From positions 1,664,001 through 1,728,000 of the forward strand of contig CBDBGH010000003.1 in assembly GCA_965205265.1 (NCBI GenBank): a DNA stretch of 64,000 nucleotides, written 5' to 3'. The notes beneath the pieces are model-generated. The model ran no database searches. It was not told the DNA's origin and saw nothing but the letters and a program-made list of their open reading frames with translations. The position numbers and the translations under genes are program-made. Positions within the stretch are counted from its first letter, which is position 1. Every line of letters begins with the position of its first letter. This stretch comes from Alphaproteobacteria bacterium. GTDB lineage: Bacteria; Pseudomonadota; Alphaproteobacteria; Bin95. Positions 53,352 through 63,845 of the stretch are shown piece after piece.

Positions 53352-54251
53352 TCACATCCGCCGGGCGATGCGGGGGTCGAGGGAGTCGCGCAACCCGTCC
53401 CCCAATATGTTCACCGCCAGCACGGTGACGGCGAGGAAGATGCCGGGGAAGAAGATCATCCAGGGCGCGAACTGGAAGTAGGTCCGCCCCTCGGCCATGA
53501 TGTTGCCCCAGCTCGGGATTTCGGGCGGCGTGCCGGCCCCGAGGAAGGACAGGATCGCCTCGATCACCACCGCCGACGCGCAGACATAGGTCGCCTGCAC
53601 GATCAGCGGCGCGAGCGTGTTCGGCAGGATGTGCTTCAGCAATATCTTGGGCAGCTTGGTCCCTACGGAGACGGCGGCCTCGACATAGGGCTGCTCGCGC
53701 ACCGTCAGCACGACGGCGCGGACAAGGCGCACGACGCGCGGAATTTCGGGAATCGAGATCGCGATGATGACATTCACGATGCTGGCGCCGGCCAGGCTGA
53801 TGAGCGCGATCGCGAGCAGCACGCCCGGTATGGCCATCAGGCCGTCCATGACCCGCATCACGACCGCATCGACCCAGCGGATATAGCCCGCAACCAGGCC
53901 GATGGAGAGCCCGATGACCGTGCTGATTACCGCCACGGCAAGCCCCACCATGAGCGAGATCTGGCCGCCATAGATGGTGCGCGCATAGACGTCGCGGCCG
54001 AGGAAGTCGGCGCCGAACCAGAAGGCTTCGCCCGGCGGCTTCAGCCGGTTGATCGGGTTCAGCCTGAGCGGGTCCGGGGCGATCAGGGGCGCCGCCACCG
54101 CCGCCAGTGCCATGAGGATCAGGATGCCCCCTCCGACGATTACCGTCGGGTGTCGGCGGGAATATTCCCGGAAGCGCGCCCAGGCGCCGGGGCGCGGACC
54201 CTCGTCCTCGACCTCGCCCGGAAACGCGGCGACCTGCGGCGCGTCGGCCAT
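53352..54251 (-). CDS. Peptide-type ABC transporter permease (DppC-like)
   Basis: [19 protein letters not shown] loop, [11 protein letters not shown]. Confidence 0.93.
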   Translation of the reverse strand: MADAPQVAAFPGEVEDEGPRPGAWARFREYSRRHPTVIVGGGILILMALAAVAAPLIAPDPLRLNPINRLKPPGEAFWFGADFLGRDVYARTIYGGQISLMVGLAVAVISTVIGLSIGLVAGYIRWVDAVVMRVMDGLMAIPGVLLAIALISLAGASIVNVIIAISIPEIPRVVRLVRAVVLTVREQPYVEAAVSVGTKLPKILLKHILPNTLAPLIVQATYVCASAVVIEAILSFLGAGTPPEIPSWGNIMAEGRTYFQFAPWMIFFPGIFLAVTVLAVNILGDGLRDSLDPRIARRM

Positions 54252-55192
54252 CAGTAGCGGATCCTCGGGTCGAGAATAGTGTATGAGAGGTCGATGATGA
54301 GGTTCACGATCACATAGGCGCCCGAGAAGATCAGGATGACGCCCTGGATGATCGGATAGTCGCGCCTGAGCACGGCGTCGATGGTGAGCCGCCCGAGGCC
54401 CGGAATGTTGAACACGCTCTCCGTGACCACCACGCCGCCGATCAGCAACGCAATGCCGATGCCGATGATGGTGACAATGGGCACGGAGGCGTTGCGGAGC
54501 GCGTGACGGATGAGGAGCGCGTTGTTGTCGAGGCCCTTGGCCCGCGCGGTGCGCATGTAGTCCTCGGTCAGCACCTCCAGCATGCTCGCGCGGGTGATGC
54601 GGGCGATGAGCGCCACATAGATGATGCCGAGCGCGACCGTGGGCAGCGCGATGGAGCGCAGGAACGGCCAGAAGCCCTCGCCGATGGGCTTGTAGCCCTG
54701 CACCGGGAACCAGCCGAGCGTGATCGAGAAGAGCCACATCATGGCGTAGCCGATGACGAAGACCGGCACAGAGAAGCCCAGCACGGCGAAGACCATGATG
54801 ACCCGGTCCGTCATCGTGCCCGCGCGCCAGGCGGCGATCACGCCCATCGGCACGGCGACGAGGATGGCGAAGATGATGGTGGCGATGGCGAGCGCGAGCG
54901 TCGGCTCGAGCCGCTGGCCGATCAGCTTGGCGACCGGAAGGTTCGAGAAGATCGAGGTCCCAAGGTCGCCGGAGAGCAGCGCCCCTACCCAGCTGAAGAA
55001 CTGGATGTGCAGCGGCTCGTTCAGTCCGAGGTTCTCCCGGATTTTTTCGATGTCCTCAGGCCGCGCGTAATCGCCGGCGATGACGACGGCCGGGTCGCCG
55101 GGCGTCAGGTGCAGCAGCAGGAAGACGGCAATGCCCACGACCGCCATGACAGGCAGGGTCGCCAGCAGGCGGCGGGCGATATAGGCGTACAT
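54251..55192 (-). CDS. Peptide-type ABC transporter permease (DppB-like)
   Basis: PGDPA, YMRTARAKG, ESVFNIPGLG, LDPRIRY. Confidence 0.94.
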   Translation of the reverse strand: MYAYIARRLLATLPVMAVVGIAVFLLLHLTPGDPAVVIAGDYARPEDIEKIRENLGLNEPLHIQFFSWVGALLSGDLGTSIFSNLPVAKLIGQRLEPTLALAIATIIFAILVAVPMGVIAAWRAGTMTDRVIMVFAVLGFSVPVFVIGYAMMWLFSITLGWFPVQGYKPIGEGFWPFLRSIALPTVALGIIYVALIARITRASMLEVLTEDYMRTARAKGLDNNALLIRHALRNASVPIVTIIGIGIALLIGGVVVTESVFNIPGLGRLTIDAVLRRDYPIIQGVILIFSGAYVIVNLIIDLSYTILDPRIRY

Positions 55193-55216
55193 TCAGAACC
55201 GGTCCGAAAGAGGCGC

Positions 55217-55244
55217 CGCCGGGCGGAAGGGACTCCGCCCGGCG
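55217..55244 (-). terminator. Stem-loop after the solute-binding protein gene (mRNA stabiliser or partial terminator)
   Basis: CGCCGGGCGGA pairs with TCCGCCCGGCG; no clear T-tract. Confidence 0.5.
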
Positions 55245-55257
55245 GCTCCGGGACCCG

Positions 55258-56865
55258 TCATCCGGCGTCCTTGGAGATGTTCCAGAAGAACGGCACCGGC
55301 GAGACCAGCACGCCCTTCAGGCCCTTTCGCCAGGCAACCGGCTGGAACCACTGGCCGTAGTTCACATAGGGCACCAGATGGCTGAAGAGGCGGCCCTGCA
55401 GCTTGTCGATGATCGCCTTCTTGCCCATCGGATCCGCTTCCCGGGCGAACATGTCGCGCAGTTCCTCGGTCTCCGCATCCGTCGGCCAGCCGAACCAGGC
55501 CCTTTCGACGCCGCCGCCCGACACGCCGATATTGGCGATGGGCGAGGTGGCGTCAGCGCCGGTCGCATAGGTGTGGAAGATGTTCCAGCCGCCGTCGGCC
55601 GGGCTCTTCTTCTCTGCGCGCCGGGAGGTCAGCGTGGACCAGTCCATCGCCTGCACTTCCACATCCATGCCGATGTCGCGCAGCACCTGCGCCGTCACCA
55701 GCGCGGCGTTGTTCAGCACCGGAATGTCGGTGGACTGCATCAGGATGATCTTCTCGCCCTTGTAACCGGCCTCCGCCAGAAGCTGCTTGGCCTTCTCCGG
55801 GTCATGCGACTGGAGCGCCTCGACGCCGACATCGGACTCGTTCGGCGTGCCGCAGATGAAATAGGCGGCGCATTCCTTGTAGAGCTTCGGATCTCCGACG
55901 ATGGCCTGCAGATACACCTCCTGATCGACGGCGTAGAGCAGCGCCTGGCGCGCCTTCGGGTTGTCGAAGGGTGGGTGCAGGTGGTTCGGCCGGAGCCAGC
56001 CCTGTGTGCCCAGCGGGTCGATCACGGCGAGCTCGATATTGTCGTTCTGCTCCAGCAGCGGCACCATATCGACGGCCGGCGTCTCCCAGAGATCGACCTC
56101 CCCGTTGATGAGCGCGTTCATCGCCGTCGCCGGATCGGGAATGTAGATCCACTCGACCCGGTCGAAATGCACGACCTTGCCGCCGGCGGCGCCCGAAGCG
56201 GGCTCGCTGCGCGGCACATAGTCCTCGTTCTTGACATAGACGACCTTGGCGCCCGGCACCCACTCCTCCTTCACGAACCGGAACGGGCCGGAGCCGACCA
56301 CTTCCGGAACCTGCTGGTTCGGGTCGGTCTCGGCGTGCTCCTTCTTCATCATGAAGGGGGTGTTGGAGCTGATCTTGCCGATGGAATCGAGAACGAGGCC
56401 GTAAGGCTCGTTCAGCGTGAGCGTGAAGGTCTTGTCGTCGACCGCCTTCAACTCCTTGGTGAAGTCCATGAGCTTCTGGCCCATGCCGTCCTTCTGGCCC
56501 CAGCGCTTGATCGAAGCCACGCAGTCCTCGGCCTTCACCGGGTCGCCGTCATGCCATTTGAGGCCGTCGCGCAAGGTGAAGGTATAGACGAGGCCGTCAT
56601 CGCTGACGGAATGCTCGCCCACCATCTGCGGGTGGATGTTCAGCTTGTCGTCCTGGGCGAAAAGCGTGTCATACACCATGTAGCCGTGGTTGCGGGTGAT
56701 GTAGGCCGTGGTCCAGATCGGATCCAGGTTCTTCAGGTCGGCATGCGGCACGATGCGCAGCACCGACTCCGCCGATGCCGGCCCCATGCCGAGGCCGAGC
56801 GCCATCGGCGCCGCAGCCAGCGCGGCAAGCGCTGCGCGCCGCGTCGCGGTCAAAAATCGTGGCAT
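55258..56865 (-). CDS. Family 5 ABC solute-binding protein
   Basis: Signal peptide with TRRAAL (possible Tat); LDPIWTTAYITRNHGYMVYDTL; GSGPF. Confidence 0.92.
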   Translation of the reverse strand: MPRFLTATRRAALAALAAAPMALGLGMGPASAESVLRIVPHADLKNLDPIWTTAYITRNHGYMVYDTLFAQDDKLNIHPQMVGEHSVSDDGLVYTFTLRDGLKWHDGDPVKAEDCVASIKRWGQKDGMGQKLMDFTKELKAVDDKTFTLTLNEPYGLVLDSIGKISSNTPFMMKKEHAETDPNQQVPEVVGSGPFRFVKEEWVPGAKVVYVKNEDYVPRSEPASGAAGGKVVHFDRVEWIYIPDPATAMNALINGEVDLWETPAVDMVPLLEQNDNIELAVIDPLGTQGWLRPNHLHPPFDNPKARQALLYAVDQEVYLQAIVGDPKLYKECAAYFICGTPNESDVGVEALQSHDPEKAKQLLAEAGYKGEKIILMQSTDIPVLNNAALVTAQVLRDIGMDVEVQAMDWSTLTSRRAEKKSPADGGWNIFHTYATGADATSPIANIGVSGGGVERAWFGWPTDAETEELRDMFAREADPMGKKAIIDKLQGRLFSHLVPYVNYGQWFQPVAWRKGLKGVLVSPVPFFWNISKDAG

Positions 56866-56985
56866 GTTCGCTTGTCCTCCTCTTGACTCCCGAATCGGCC
56901 GCACAGCGTCGCTGCCGAGCCGGCCGATCGGCAATGCAAGCACGGTTGCGCGCGCTTGTCACCTTCGCCGGCGGACACCTCGTAG

Positions 56986-57015
56986 GCGCAATGTCGCGGG
57001 CGGGCGACATTGCGC
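56986..57015. promoter_or_regulatory. Perfect 12-bp inverted repeat in a divergent promoter region
   Basis: GCGCAATGTCGC-GGGCGG-GCGACATTGCGC between the divergent SBP and GMC genes. Confidence 0.45.
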
Positions 57016-57046
57016 GACGCGGCGGCTTCTTTATGGTCCCCCGTCC

Positions 57047-58684
57047 ATGACCGACAGTTTCGACTATGTGATCGTCGGCTCGGGCACGGCCGGGTCCGTG
57101 CTGGCCGCGCGGCTGGCCGCAGGCGGCATCCATTCCGTCTGCGTGCTGGAGGCCGGGCCGCCGGACCGCCACCCTTTCATCCACATACCGGCCGGCTTCA
57201 TGAAGACGCTGACCGACCCGGCCGTGAACTGGCTCTATTCCACCGAGCCGAGCGAATGGACTGGCGGCCGGCGCATCCTTGCCGCGCGCGGCAAGACGCT
57301 CGGCGGCTCCAGTTCGATCAACGGCCACATCTACAATCGCGGCCAGCGGCTCGACTATGACGGCTGGGCGCAACTCGGCAACCGCGGCTGGGGCTATGCC
57401 GACGTGCTGCCCTATTTCAAGCGTAGCGAAAGGCGTGTCGGCGAGGGCGACGACACCTTCCGCGGCCGCGAAGGCAGCCTGGTCGTGACCGACAACCCCT
57501 ACCGCCACCCGCTCTGCGAGGCGTTCATCGAAGGCGCAGTCGGGCTCGGCATCCCCCGCAACCCGGACTACAACGGCGCCGACCAGGACGGCGTCGGCTA
57601 TTTCCAGCGCGCGATCCACAACGGCCGGCGGGTGAGCGCGGCGCGGGGCTTCCTGCATCCGGCCATGCGCAAGCGCGGCAACCTGCTGGACGTGCGCACC
57701 CGCGCCCATGCAACGCGCATCCTGTTCGAGGGCAAGCGCGCAGTGGGCGTGCGCTACCGCACGGACGGCAACCCCTATGAGGTGCGCGCGCGCCGCGAGG
57801 TCATCCTCTGCGGCGGCACGGTCAATTCGCCCCAATTGCTGCAGGTCTCCGGCGTCGGCCCGCCCGAATTGCTGGGCCGCTTCGGCATACCCGTGCTCCA
57901 TGCGCTGCCCGGCGTCGGCGAGAACCTGCACGACCACTACGCCGTTAGGATCGTCGCGCGGGTCAGGGACATGGAGACGATCAACCAGCGCGTCCGGGGG
58001 CCCGCCTTCCTGGCGGAAGCCGCCCGCTACTTCGCCGGCGGCCCGAGCGTGCTCGGACTCTCGCCGTCGCTCGTGCATGTGTTCTGGAAATCCGACCCGT
58101 CGCTCGACAAGGGCGACCTCCAGATGACCTTCACGCCCGCCAGCTACAAGGAAGGCGTGCAGGCCGCGCTCGACGACTATCCCGCCATGACGATCGCGCC
58201 CTGGCAGCAGCGGCCGGAAAGCCGGGGCCATATCCGCATTACCTCCGCCGACCCCCTGGCGCCGCCCGAAATCCAGCCCAACTACCTGGCGCACGAGATG
58301 GACCGGCAGGTGCTGCTGGCCGGCCTCCGCCTCGCGCGGCGCCTGCTGCGCACGCCGGAACTCGCGCCCTACAACGCCGGCGAGGAGTATCCGGGGGACG
58401 GGGTCGAGAGCGATGACGAGTGGCTCGATGTCGCCCGCCGGCGCGGCACGACCACCTTCCACCTGGTCGGGAGCTGCCATATGGGGCCGGAGGCGGACCC
58501 GCTCGCCGTCGTGGACGACCGGCTGCGGGTCCGCGGGCTGGACGGCCTCAGGGTCGCCGACGCCTCCATCGTCCCGCGCATGCCGTCGGCCAATACCAAC
58601 GCCGCCGCCTTCATGATCGCGGAGAAGGCGGCCGACATGATCCTCGACCGGCCGGCCCCCGCGCCCGTCACCCTTCCCGACTAG
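57047..58684 (+). CDS. GMC oxidoreductase
   Basis: GSGTAG, RGKTLGGSSSING, GENLHDH, FHLVGSCHMG, SANTNA. Confidence 0.93.
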   Translation: MTDSFDYVIVGSGTAGSVLAARLAAGGIHSVCVLEAGPPDRHPFIHIPAGFMKTLTDPAVNWLYSTEPSEWTGGRRILAARGKTLGGSSSINGHIYNRGQRLDYDGWAQLGNRGWGYADVLPYFKRSERRVGEGDDTFRGREGSLVVTDNPYRHPLCEAFIEGAVGLGIPRNPDYNGADQDGVGYFQRAIHNGRRVSAARGFLHPAMRKRGNLLDVRTRAHATRILFEGKRAVGVRYRTDGNPYEVRARREVILCGGTVNSPQLLQVSGVGPPELLGRFGIPVLHALPGVGENLHDHYAVRIVARVRDMETINQRVRGPAFLAEAARYFAGGPSVLGLSPSLVHVFWKSDPSLDKGDLQMTFTPASYKEGVQAALDDYPAMTIAPWQQRPESRGHIRITSADPLAPPEIQPNYLAHEMDRQVLLAGLRLARRLLRTPELAPYNAGEEYPGDGVESDDEWLDVARRRGTTTFHLVGSCHMGPEADPLAVVDDRLRVRGLDGLRVADASIVPRMPSANTNAAAFMIAEKAADMILDRPAPAPVTLPD

Positions 58685-58702
58685 ACAGGACAAGCCCCGA
58701 CC

Positions 58703-60067
58703 GTGGCCGCAGCCGACCTCCTGCCGCTGTTCATGTTTGCGGCGCTCGCCGCCTTCCTGTTCACCGGATTCCCCGTAGCCTTCGGGCTCGCCGGCCTGAC
58801 GATCCTGTTCGGCATCGTCGGCAACCTGATGGGCGTGTTCCAGTACATCGAGTTCACCAACATGGTGTACCGCATCTGGGGCGGCGTCGCGGAGAACCTG
58901 GTGCTGACGGCCGTGCCGACCTTCGTCTTCATGGGCGTGATGATGGAGCGGAGCGGCATCGCGCAGGACCTGCTCTACTGCCTCCAGGTGCTGCTGAAGC
59001 GCGTTCCCGGCGGCCTCGCGCTCTCGGTCACCGTGATGGGCACCATCATGGCGGCGATGACCGGCATCATCGGCGCCTCCGTCACCTTGATGAGCGTGCT
59101 CGCCCTGCCCCACATGCTGAAGGCGAAATACGACCACGCGCTCGCCTGCGGCACGATCTGCGCCGCCGGCACGCTCGGCATCCTCATTCCACCTTCGATC
59201 CTGCTGGTCATCATGGGCGACCTGATGGCGGTCTCGGTCGGCAACCTCTTCCTGGCCGCCCTTTTCCCCGGCCTGCTGCTCTCCGGCCTCTATTTCGTCT
59301 ATATCTCGTCCTATTCGGCTATCCGCCCGCAGGTGGCGCCGCCCCTGGACGACCTGGATACGCCGCAGACGGTCCCCGCCTATGCGGGCATGCTGCTCAA
59401 GGGCTTCATCCCGCCGGCGGTACTCATCCTGATGATAAAGGTCGCGATCTTCGGCGGCTGGGCGACGCCGACCGAGGGCGGCGCGGTCGGCGCTTTCGGC
59501 GCAACCCTGCTCGCGCTTGCCAACGGGCGCCTCACGCTCGACCTGATGAAGGACTGCTGCGACCGCACGGCGCTCACCGTCGCGATGATCTTCTTCGTCT
59601 TCGTCGGCGCCACCGGCTTCTCCTACGTCTTCCGCTCGCTCGGCGGCGACGAGGTGGTGGACCATCTCATCCTCTCGGTCGGGCTGGGGAACTGGGGCCT
59701 GCTGATCGTGCTCATGGCGATCGTGTTCGTGCTGGGCTTCTTCCTTGACTGGGTCGAGATCACGCTGATCGTGCTGCCGGTGTTCCTGCCCATCGTCGAC
59801 ATGCTGACCTTCGGCGCGCACGTGCCGGACCACGAGGTCGTTTACTGGTTCGCCATCCTGATTGCGGTCAATCTCCAGACCTCCTTCCTGACGCCCCCCT
59901 TCGGCTTTGCGCTCTTCTACATGAAGGGCGTGGCGCCGCCCGAGGTGAAGCTGACGGCGATCTACCGGGGCATCGTGCCCTTCGTGATCCTGCAGGTGAT
60001 CGGCCTCGCGACCGTGATCGCATGGCCCGATATCGCGCTCTGGCTGCCCCGCCAATTGTTGGACTGA
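58703..60067 (+). CDS. dctM: TRAP transporter large permease
   Basis: [29 protein letters not shown]. Confidence 0.92.
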   Translation: MAAADLLPLFMFAALAAFLFTGFPVAFGLAGLTILFGIVGNLMGVFQYIEFTNMVYRIWGGVAENLVLTAVPTFVFMGVMMERSGIAQDLLYCLQVLLKRVPGGLALSVTVMGTIMAAMTGIIGASVTLMSVLALPHMLKAKYDHALACGTICAAGTLGILIPPSILLVIMGDLMAVSVGNLFLAALFPGLLLSGLYFVYISSYSAIRPQVAPPLDDLDTPQTVPAYAGMLLKGFIPPAVLILMIKVAIFGGWATPTEGGAVGAFGATLLALANGRLTLDLMKDCCDRTALTVAMIFFVFVGATGFSYVFRSLGGDEVVDHLILSVGLGNWGLLIVLMAIVFVLGFFLDWVEITLIVLPVFLPIVDMLTFGAHVPDHEVVYWFAILIAVNLQTSFLTPPFGFALFYMKGVAPPEVKLTAIYRGIVPFVILQVIGLATVIAWPDIALWLPRQLLD

Positions 60068-60107
60068 CCGCTTGCCCCCGCCGGCCCGTTCGGGCGACAC
60101 TGGAGCC

Positions 60108-61196
60108 ATGAACGACGCTCCGGACTCCGGCGAACCCGGCGGCGGACCGGCGGTCCGCCCGGAATGGGAGGCCACGGCGCCGACCCGCCGGGAGACGGTG
60201 CCAGCGCTTGAGGAAATTCTGGGTAAAGAGTTCAAGGTGCTGGACCCCGGCCCCAAACACGGTCCCGGCCCCCACCCCAGCCCCGGCTTTGTGCGCGTCG
60301 TGGACTATATGGGGGGCGATGACGCCATCGTGCAGGCCGCGCGCGTCTCCTACGGCAAAGGAACCAAGCGCCGTTCGACCGACGCCGCGCTTATCCGCTA
60401 CCTGCTGCGCCACCGGCACACTACGCCCTTCGAGATGTGCGAGATCAAGCTGCACATCAAGCTGCCGATCTTCGTCGCCCGGCAATGGATCCGCCACCGC
60501 ACAGCAAATGTGAATGAATACTCAGCCAGATATTCGAAGATGGACCCGGAGTATTACATTCCGGAGCCCGAACGCCTGAAATCCGTGCTGGACGAGCAAA
60601 AGCGGAGCCGCCGTGAGCGAGAAGCTCAACTGGACCTGTTCGCGCCGCCGCGCCAACAGCCGGCCCTGTCGCTGACGGCCCAGTCAACTTCCAACAAGCA
60701 GGGCCGGGAAGGCCAGCTGACCGATGCCGAGGTCCACGATTCCCTTTCGCGGCTCAACTGGGTGTCCACCCGCGCCTACGGTGTTTACCGCAACTTGCTG
60801 AACGAAGACGAAGACGGCGCAAAGATACGGGAGGATCGGGCAGGCATCGCGCGCGAACTCGCCCGGTCCGTCCTGCCGGTCAACTATTACACCCAGTTCT
60901 ACTGGAAGTGCGACCTTCACAACCTGATGCATTTCCTTTCGCTCCGCGCCGACAGCCACGCGCAATATGAAATCCGCGCCTATGCCGACCTCATTCTCGA
61001 CGAGATCGTGAAGCGCTGGGTGCCGGTGACATACCAGGCCTTTCAGGACTATGTGCATCGTGCGGAGTTTCTTTCGGCCGGTGCTCTCGCAGTTGTGCGG
61101 CGCAAGTTGGCGGACGAACAGGTCACACAGGACAACAGCGGCCTCTCCCCGCGCGAGTGGGACGAACTGGAGGCCATTCTGAACAGGAAGCCGTAG
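60108..61196 (+). CDS. thyX: FAD-dependent thymidylate synthase with two insertions
   Basis: AARVSY, HTTPFE, ThyX motif [30 protein letters not shown]. Confidence 0.95.
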   Translation: MNDAPDSGEPGGGPAVRPEWEATAPTRRETVPALEEILGKEFKVLDPGPKHGPGPHPSPGFVRVVDYMGGDDAIVQAARVSYGKGTKRRSTDAALIRYLLRHRHTTPFEMCEIKLHIKLPIFVARQWIRHRTANVNEYSARYSKMDPEYYIPEPERLKSVLDEQKRSRREREAQLDLFAPPRQQPALSLTAQSTSNKQGREGQLTDAEVHDSLSRLNWVSTRAYGVYRNLLNEDEDGAKIREDRAGIARELARSVLPVNYYTQFYWKCDLHNLMHFLSLRADSHAQYEIRAYADLILDEIVKRWVPVTYQAFQDYVHRAEFLSAGALAVVRRKLADEQVTQDNSGLSPREWDELEAILNRKP

Positions 61197-61224
61197 CGTC
61201 CGGCCTCAACTCCTGGAGAAAGCA

Positions 61225-61635
61225 ATGAAAATCGAGCTCCATCACATCAATGTCTGCACGAAGAACGTGCCCGGGCTGGACGAGTTCTACCGCTCGGTCT
61301 TCGGCATGGAGACCATGGAGGGCCGCGAGGGCAACCGGGACCTGAAAGGGGGCTATTCCGGCGGCGTCTCCTTCCTGACCGACGGGCGCACCGAATTCCA
61401 CCTCGCCACGCAGGACCTGGGCGTCGGCCACCGCATGGGCCACGCCGTCAACCCGCTGGAGCGCGGCCACATCGCCTTCCGCACGGACGATATCGAGGCA
61501 GTCAAGCAGCGCCTGACCGACCTCGGCATTCCCTTCTCGGACTATGGCGCCTGGGCCATGGGCGGCTGGTACCAGATCTTCTTCCAGGACCCCGAAGGCA
61601 CGATCATCGAGATCCATCAGCCCGGCTACGAATAA
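61225..61635 (+). CDS. VOC / glyoxalase family protein
   Basis: LHHINV, GHIAFRTDDI, FQDPEGTIIE. Confidence 0.88.
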   Translation: MKIELHHINVCTKNVPGLDEFYRSVFGMETMEGREGNRDLKGGYSGGVSFLTDGRTEFHLATQDLGVGHRMGHAVNPLERGHIAFRTDDIEAVKQRLTDLGIPFSDYGAWAMGGWYQIFFQDPEGTIIEIHQPGYE

Positions 61636-61683
61636 CGGCCGCCGGGCTATACTGCCTCCGCCTTCACACGGGATATCCACATC

Positions 61684-62628
61684 ATGCAGTTTCGCAATCT
61701 GGGCCGTTCCGGCCTGCAGGTTTCGCTCGTCGGCGTCGGCTGCAACAATTTCGGCCAACGCCTCGACCAGGCCGGCACCGACGCCGTCGTCCATGCCGCG
61801 CTCGACGCCGGCATCACGCTGTTCGACACCGCCGACATCTACGGAGGGCGGGGCAAGTCCGAAGAATTTCTCGGCAAGTCGCTCGGCGCGCGCCGCAAGG
61901 ACATCGTGCTCGCCAGCAAATTCGGGATGCGCATGGCCGACGGGCCCTACGGCATCGGCGCGGCGCGCTTCTACATCATGCATGCGGTCGAGGCGAGCCT
62001 CAGGCGGCTCGGCACGGACTGGATCGACCTCTACCAACTCCACCAGCCCGACCCGCTGACTCCCATCGAGGAGACGCTGCGCGCACTCGACGACCTGATC
62101 CGCCAGGGCAAGGTGCGCTATATCGGCCACTCCAATTTCTCCGCCTGGCAGACGGTCGAGGCGGAGCTGACCGCGGAGATGCACGGCCTCAATGCCTTCG
62201 TCTCCGCGCAGGACGAATACAGCCTCGCCATGCGCGGCCTGGAAGATGACCGTCTGGCGATGATGGAGAAATACGACCTCGGGCTCCTGCCCTTCTTCCC
62301 GCTCGCGAGCGGCCTGTTGACCGGAAAGCATGGCGACAAGCCGCTCGCCGGCACGCGCATGGCCGACAGCAGCCGCTTCATCGACCGCTACTGGACCGAC
62401 GCCAATCTCGCCATGGTGCGCGAACTCACCGCCTTCGCCCGGGAGCGCGGCCGGACCATGCTGGACCTCGCCATGTCGTGGCTGGCGGCCCGCCCGCAGG
62501 TCTCCAGCGTCATCGCCGGCGCCATGTCGCCCGAGCAGATCAGGTCCAATGCGGTCGCCTGCGACTGGACGATGAGCGCGGAAGAACTCGCGGCCATCGA
62601 CGAAATCTGGACCCGCACCCACTCATGA
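61684..62628 (+). CDS. Aldo/keto reductase
   Basis: LGRSGLQVS, FDTADIYG, IDLYQLH, PLASGLLTGK. Confidence 0.92.
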   Translation: MQFRNLGRSGLQVSLVGVGCNNFGQRLDQAGTDAVVHAALDAGITLFDTADIYGGRGKSEEFLGKSLGARRKDIVLASKFGMRMADGPYGIGAARFYIMHAVEASLRRLGTDWIDLYQLHQPDPLTPIEETLRALDDLIRQGKVRYIGHSNFSAWQTVEAELTAEMHGLNAFVSAQDEYSLAMRGLEDDRLAMMEKYDLGLLPFFPLASGLLTGKHGDKPLAGTRMADSSRFIDRYWTDANLAMVRELTAFARERGRTMLDLAMSWLAARPQVSSVIAGAMSPEQIRSNAVACDWTMSAEELAAIDEIWTRTHS

Positions 62629-63845
62629 ACATGCCGCGCGCCGCCGGGCGCCCCTTCATGGCCCTGCCCGGACCGACCAACATCCCGGAGCCGATCCTCC
62701 GGGCGATGGACCGGCCGACCGAGGACTTCAACAGCCCGGCCTTCGAGGCGCTGGCGGCCGGCTGCTACCGGGACCTGAAACGGATCTTCAAGACGGACGG
62801 CACCATCCTCTGCTGGGCGTCCTCCGGACACGGCGCCTGGGAGAGCACCATCGTCAACCTCTTCCGGCCGGGCGACGCTATCGTCATCCCGGAGACGGGC
62901 GCGTTTTCGACATGGTGGGCGGAGATGGCCGGGCTCTTCGGGGCCGAGGTCGTCACGCTGCCGGGCGACTGGCGCGGCGCCGCCGATCCGGACGCCGTCG
63001 AAGACGCGCTGCGGAAGGACACGGAACGGCGCATCAAGGCGGTCGGCGTCGTCCACAGCGAGACCTCGACCGGCGTGCTGAGCGATGTGGCAGCCATCCG
63101 GCGCGCGATGGACGCGGCCGGCCACGACGCACTGCTGATGGTCGATACCATCTCCTCGCTCGCCTCGATGGACTACCGCATGGACGAATGGCGCGTGGAT
63201 GTCACCGTCGGCGGCTCGCAGAAGGGGCTGATGCTGCCGACCGGGCTTGGAATCGTCGCCCTGAACGACCGGGCGCTCGCCATTGCCAGGGAAGGCGGCT
63301 CGCCGCGCCGCTACTGGAGCTGGCAGCGCATGCTGGACCAGGGCGGCGAGCTGCCGAAATTCCCCGGCACGGCGCCGACGCAGATTTTCTCCGGCATGCG
63401 GGTGGCCCTCGACCTCCTGTTCGAGGAGGGGCTCGACAATGTGTTCGCCCGCCACCGCCGGATGGCGGACCTTGTGCGGCTCGCCGTCGAGGAATGGGGC
63501 CTCGAACTGAATGCGCGCCGCCCGGAAGAGCGGTCGGATACGGTAACGGCCGTCCGCTGGCCCGAGGGCCACGACCCCAACGCCTTCCGCGACAGCCTGC
63601 GCGACCGCTTCAATGTCGCCGTCAGCCACGGCCTGCTCGACCTCGCCGGCAAGATCGTGCGCATCGGCCATCTGGGCGACCTGAACGAAACCATGATCCT
63701 CGGCCTGCTCGGCGCCATAGAGGCCAATCTTGCCATCGACGGCGTCCCCCACAGGCCGGGCGGCGTCCGGAAGGCCATCGAGCGCGTGGCGGCGGAGCGC
63801 GTCCTGGGCTCGCATGAGAGGATCATTCTTTCGGCGGAGGACTAG
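62625..63845 (+). CDS. Class V PLP aminotransferase (serine-glyoxylate aminotransferase-like)
   Basis: PGPTN, HSETSTG, VDTISS, GSQKGLM (PLP Lys), RIGHLG. Confidence 0.92.
   Translation: MNMPRAAGRPFMALPGPTNIPEPILRAMDRPTEDFNSPAFEALAAGCYRDLKRIFKTDGTILCWASSGHGAWESTIVNLFRPGDAIVIPETGAFSTWWAEMAGLFGAEVVTLPGDWRGAADPDAVEDALRKDTERRIKAVGVVHSETSTGVLSDVAAIRRAMDAAGHDALLMVDTISSLASMDYRMDEWRVDVTVGGSQKGLMLPTGLGIVALNDRALAIAREGGSPRRYWSWQRMLDQGGELPKFPGTAPTQIFSGMRVALDLLFEEGLDNVFARHRRMADLVRLAVEEWGLELNARRPEERSDTVTAVRWPEGHDPNAFRDSLRDRFNVAVSHGLLDLAGKIVRIGHLGDLNETMILGLLGAIEANLAIDGVPHRPGGVRKAIERVAAERVLGSHERIILSAED

Noticed and set aside
56669-60256. 1195-aa minus-strand ORF, and similar long antisense ORFs elsewhere
   Set aside because: Antisense to well-supported GMC and dctM genes; no recognisable motifs; expected from GC-biased codon usage.
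63843-63845. Programmed amber read-through (pyrrolysine)
   Set aside because: No pyl genes are seen; a nonsense mutation in an antitoxin remnant is the simpler explanation.
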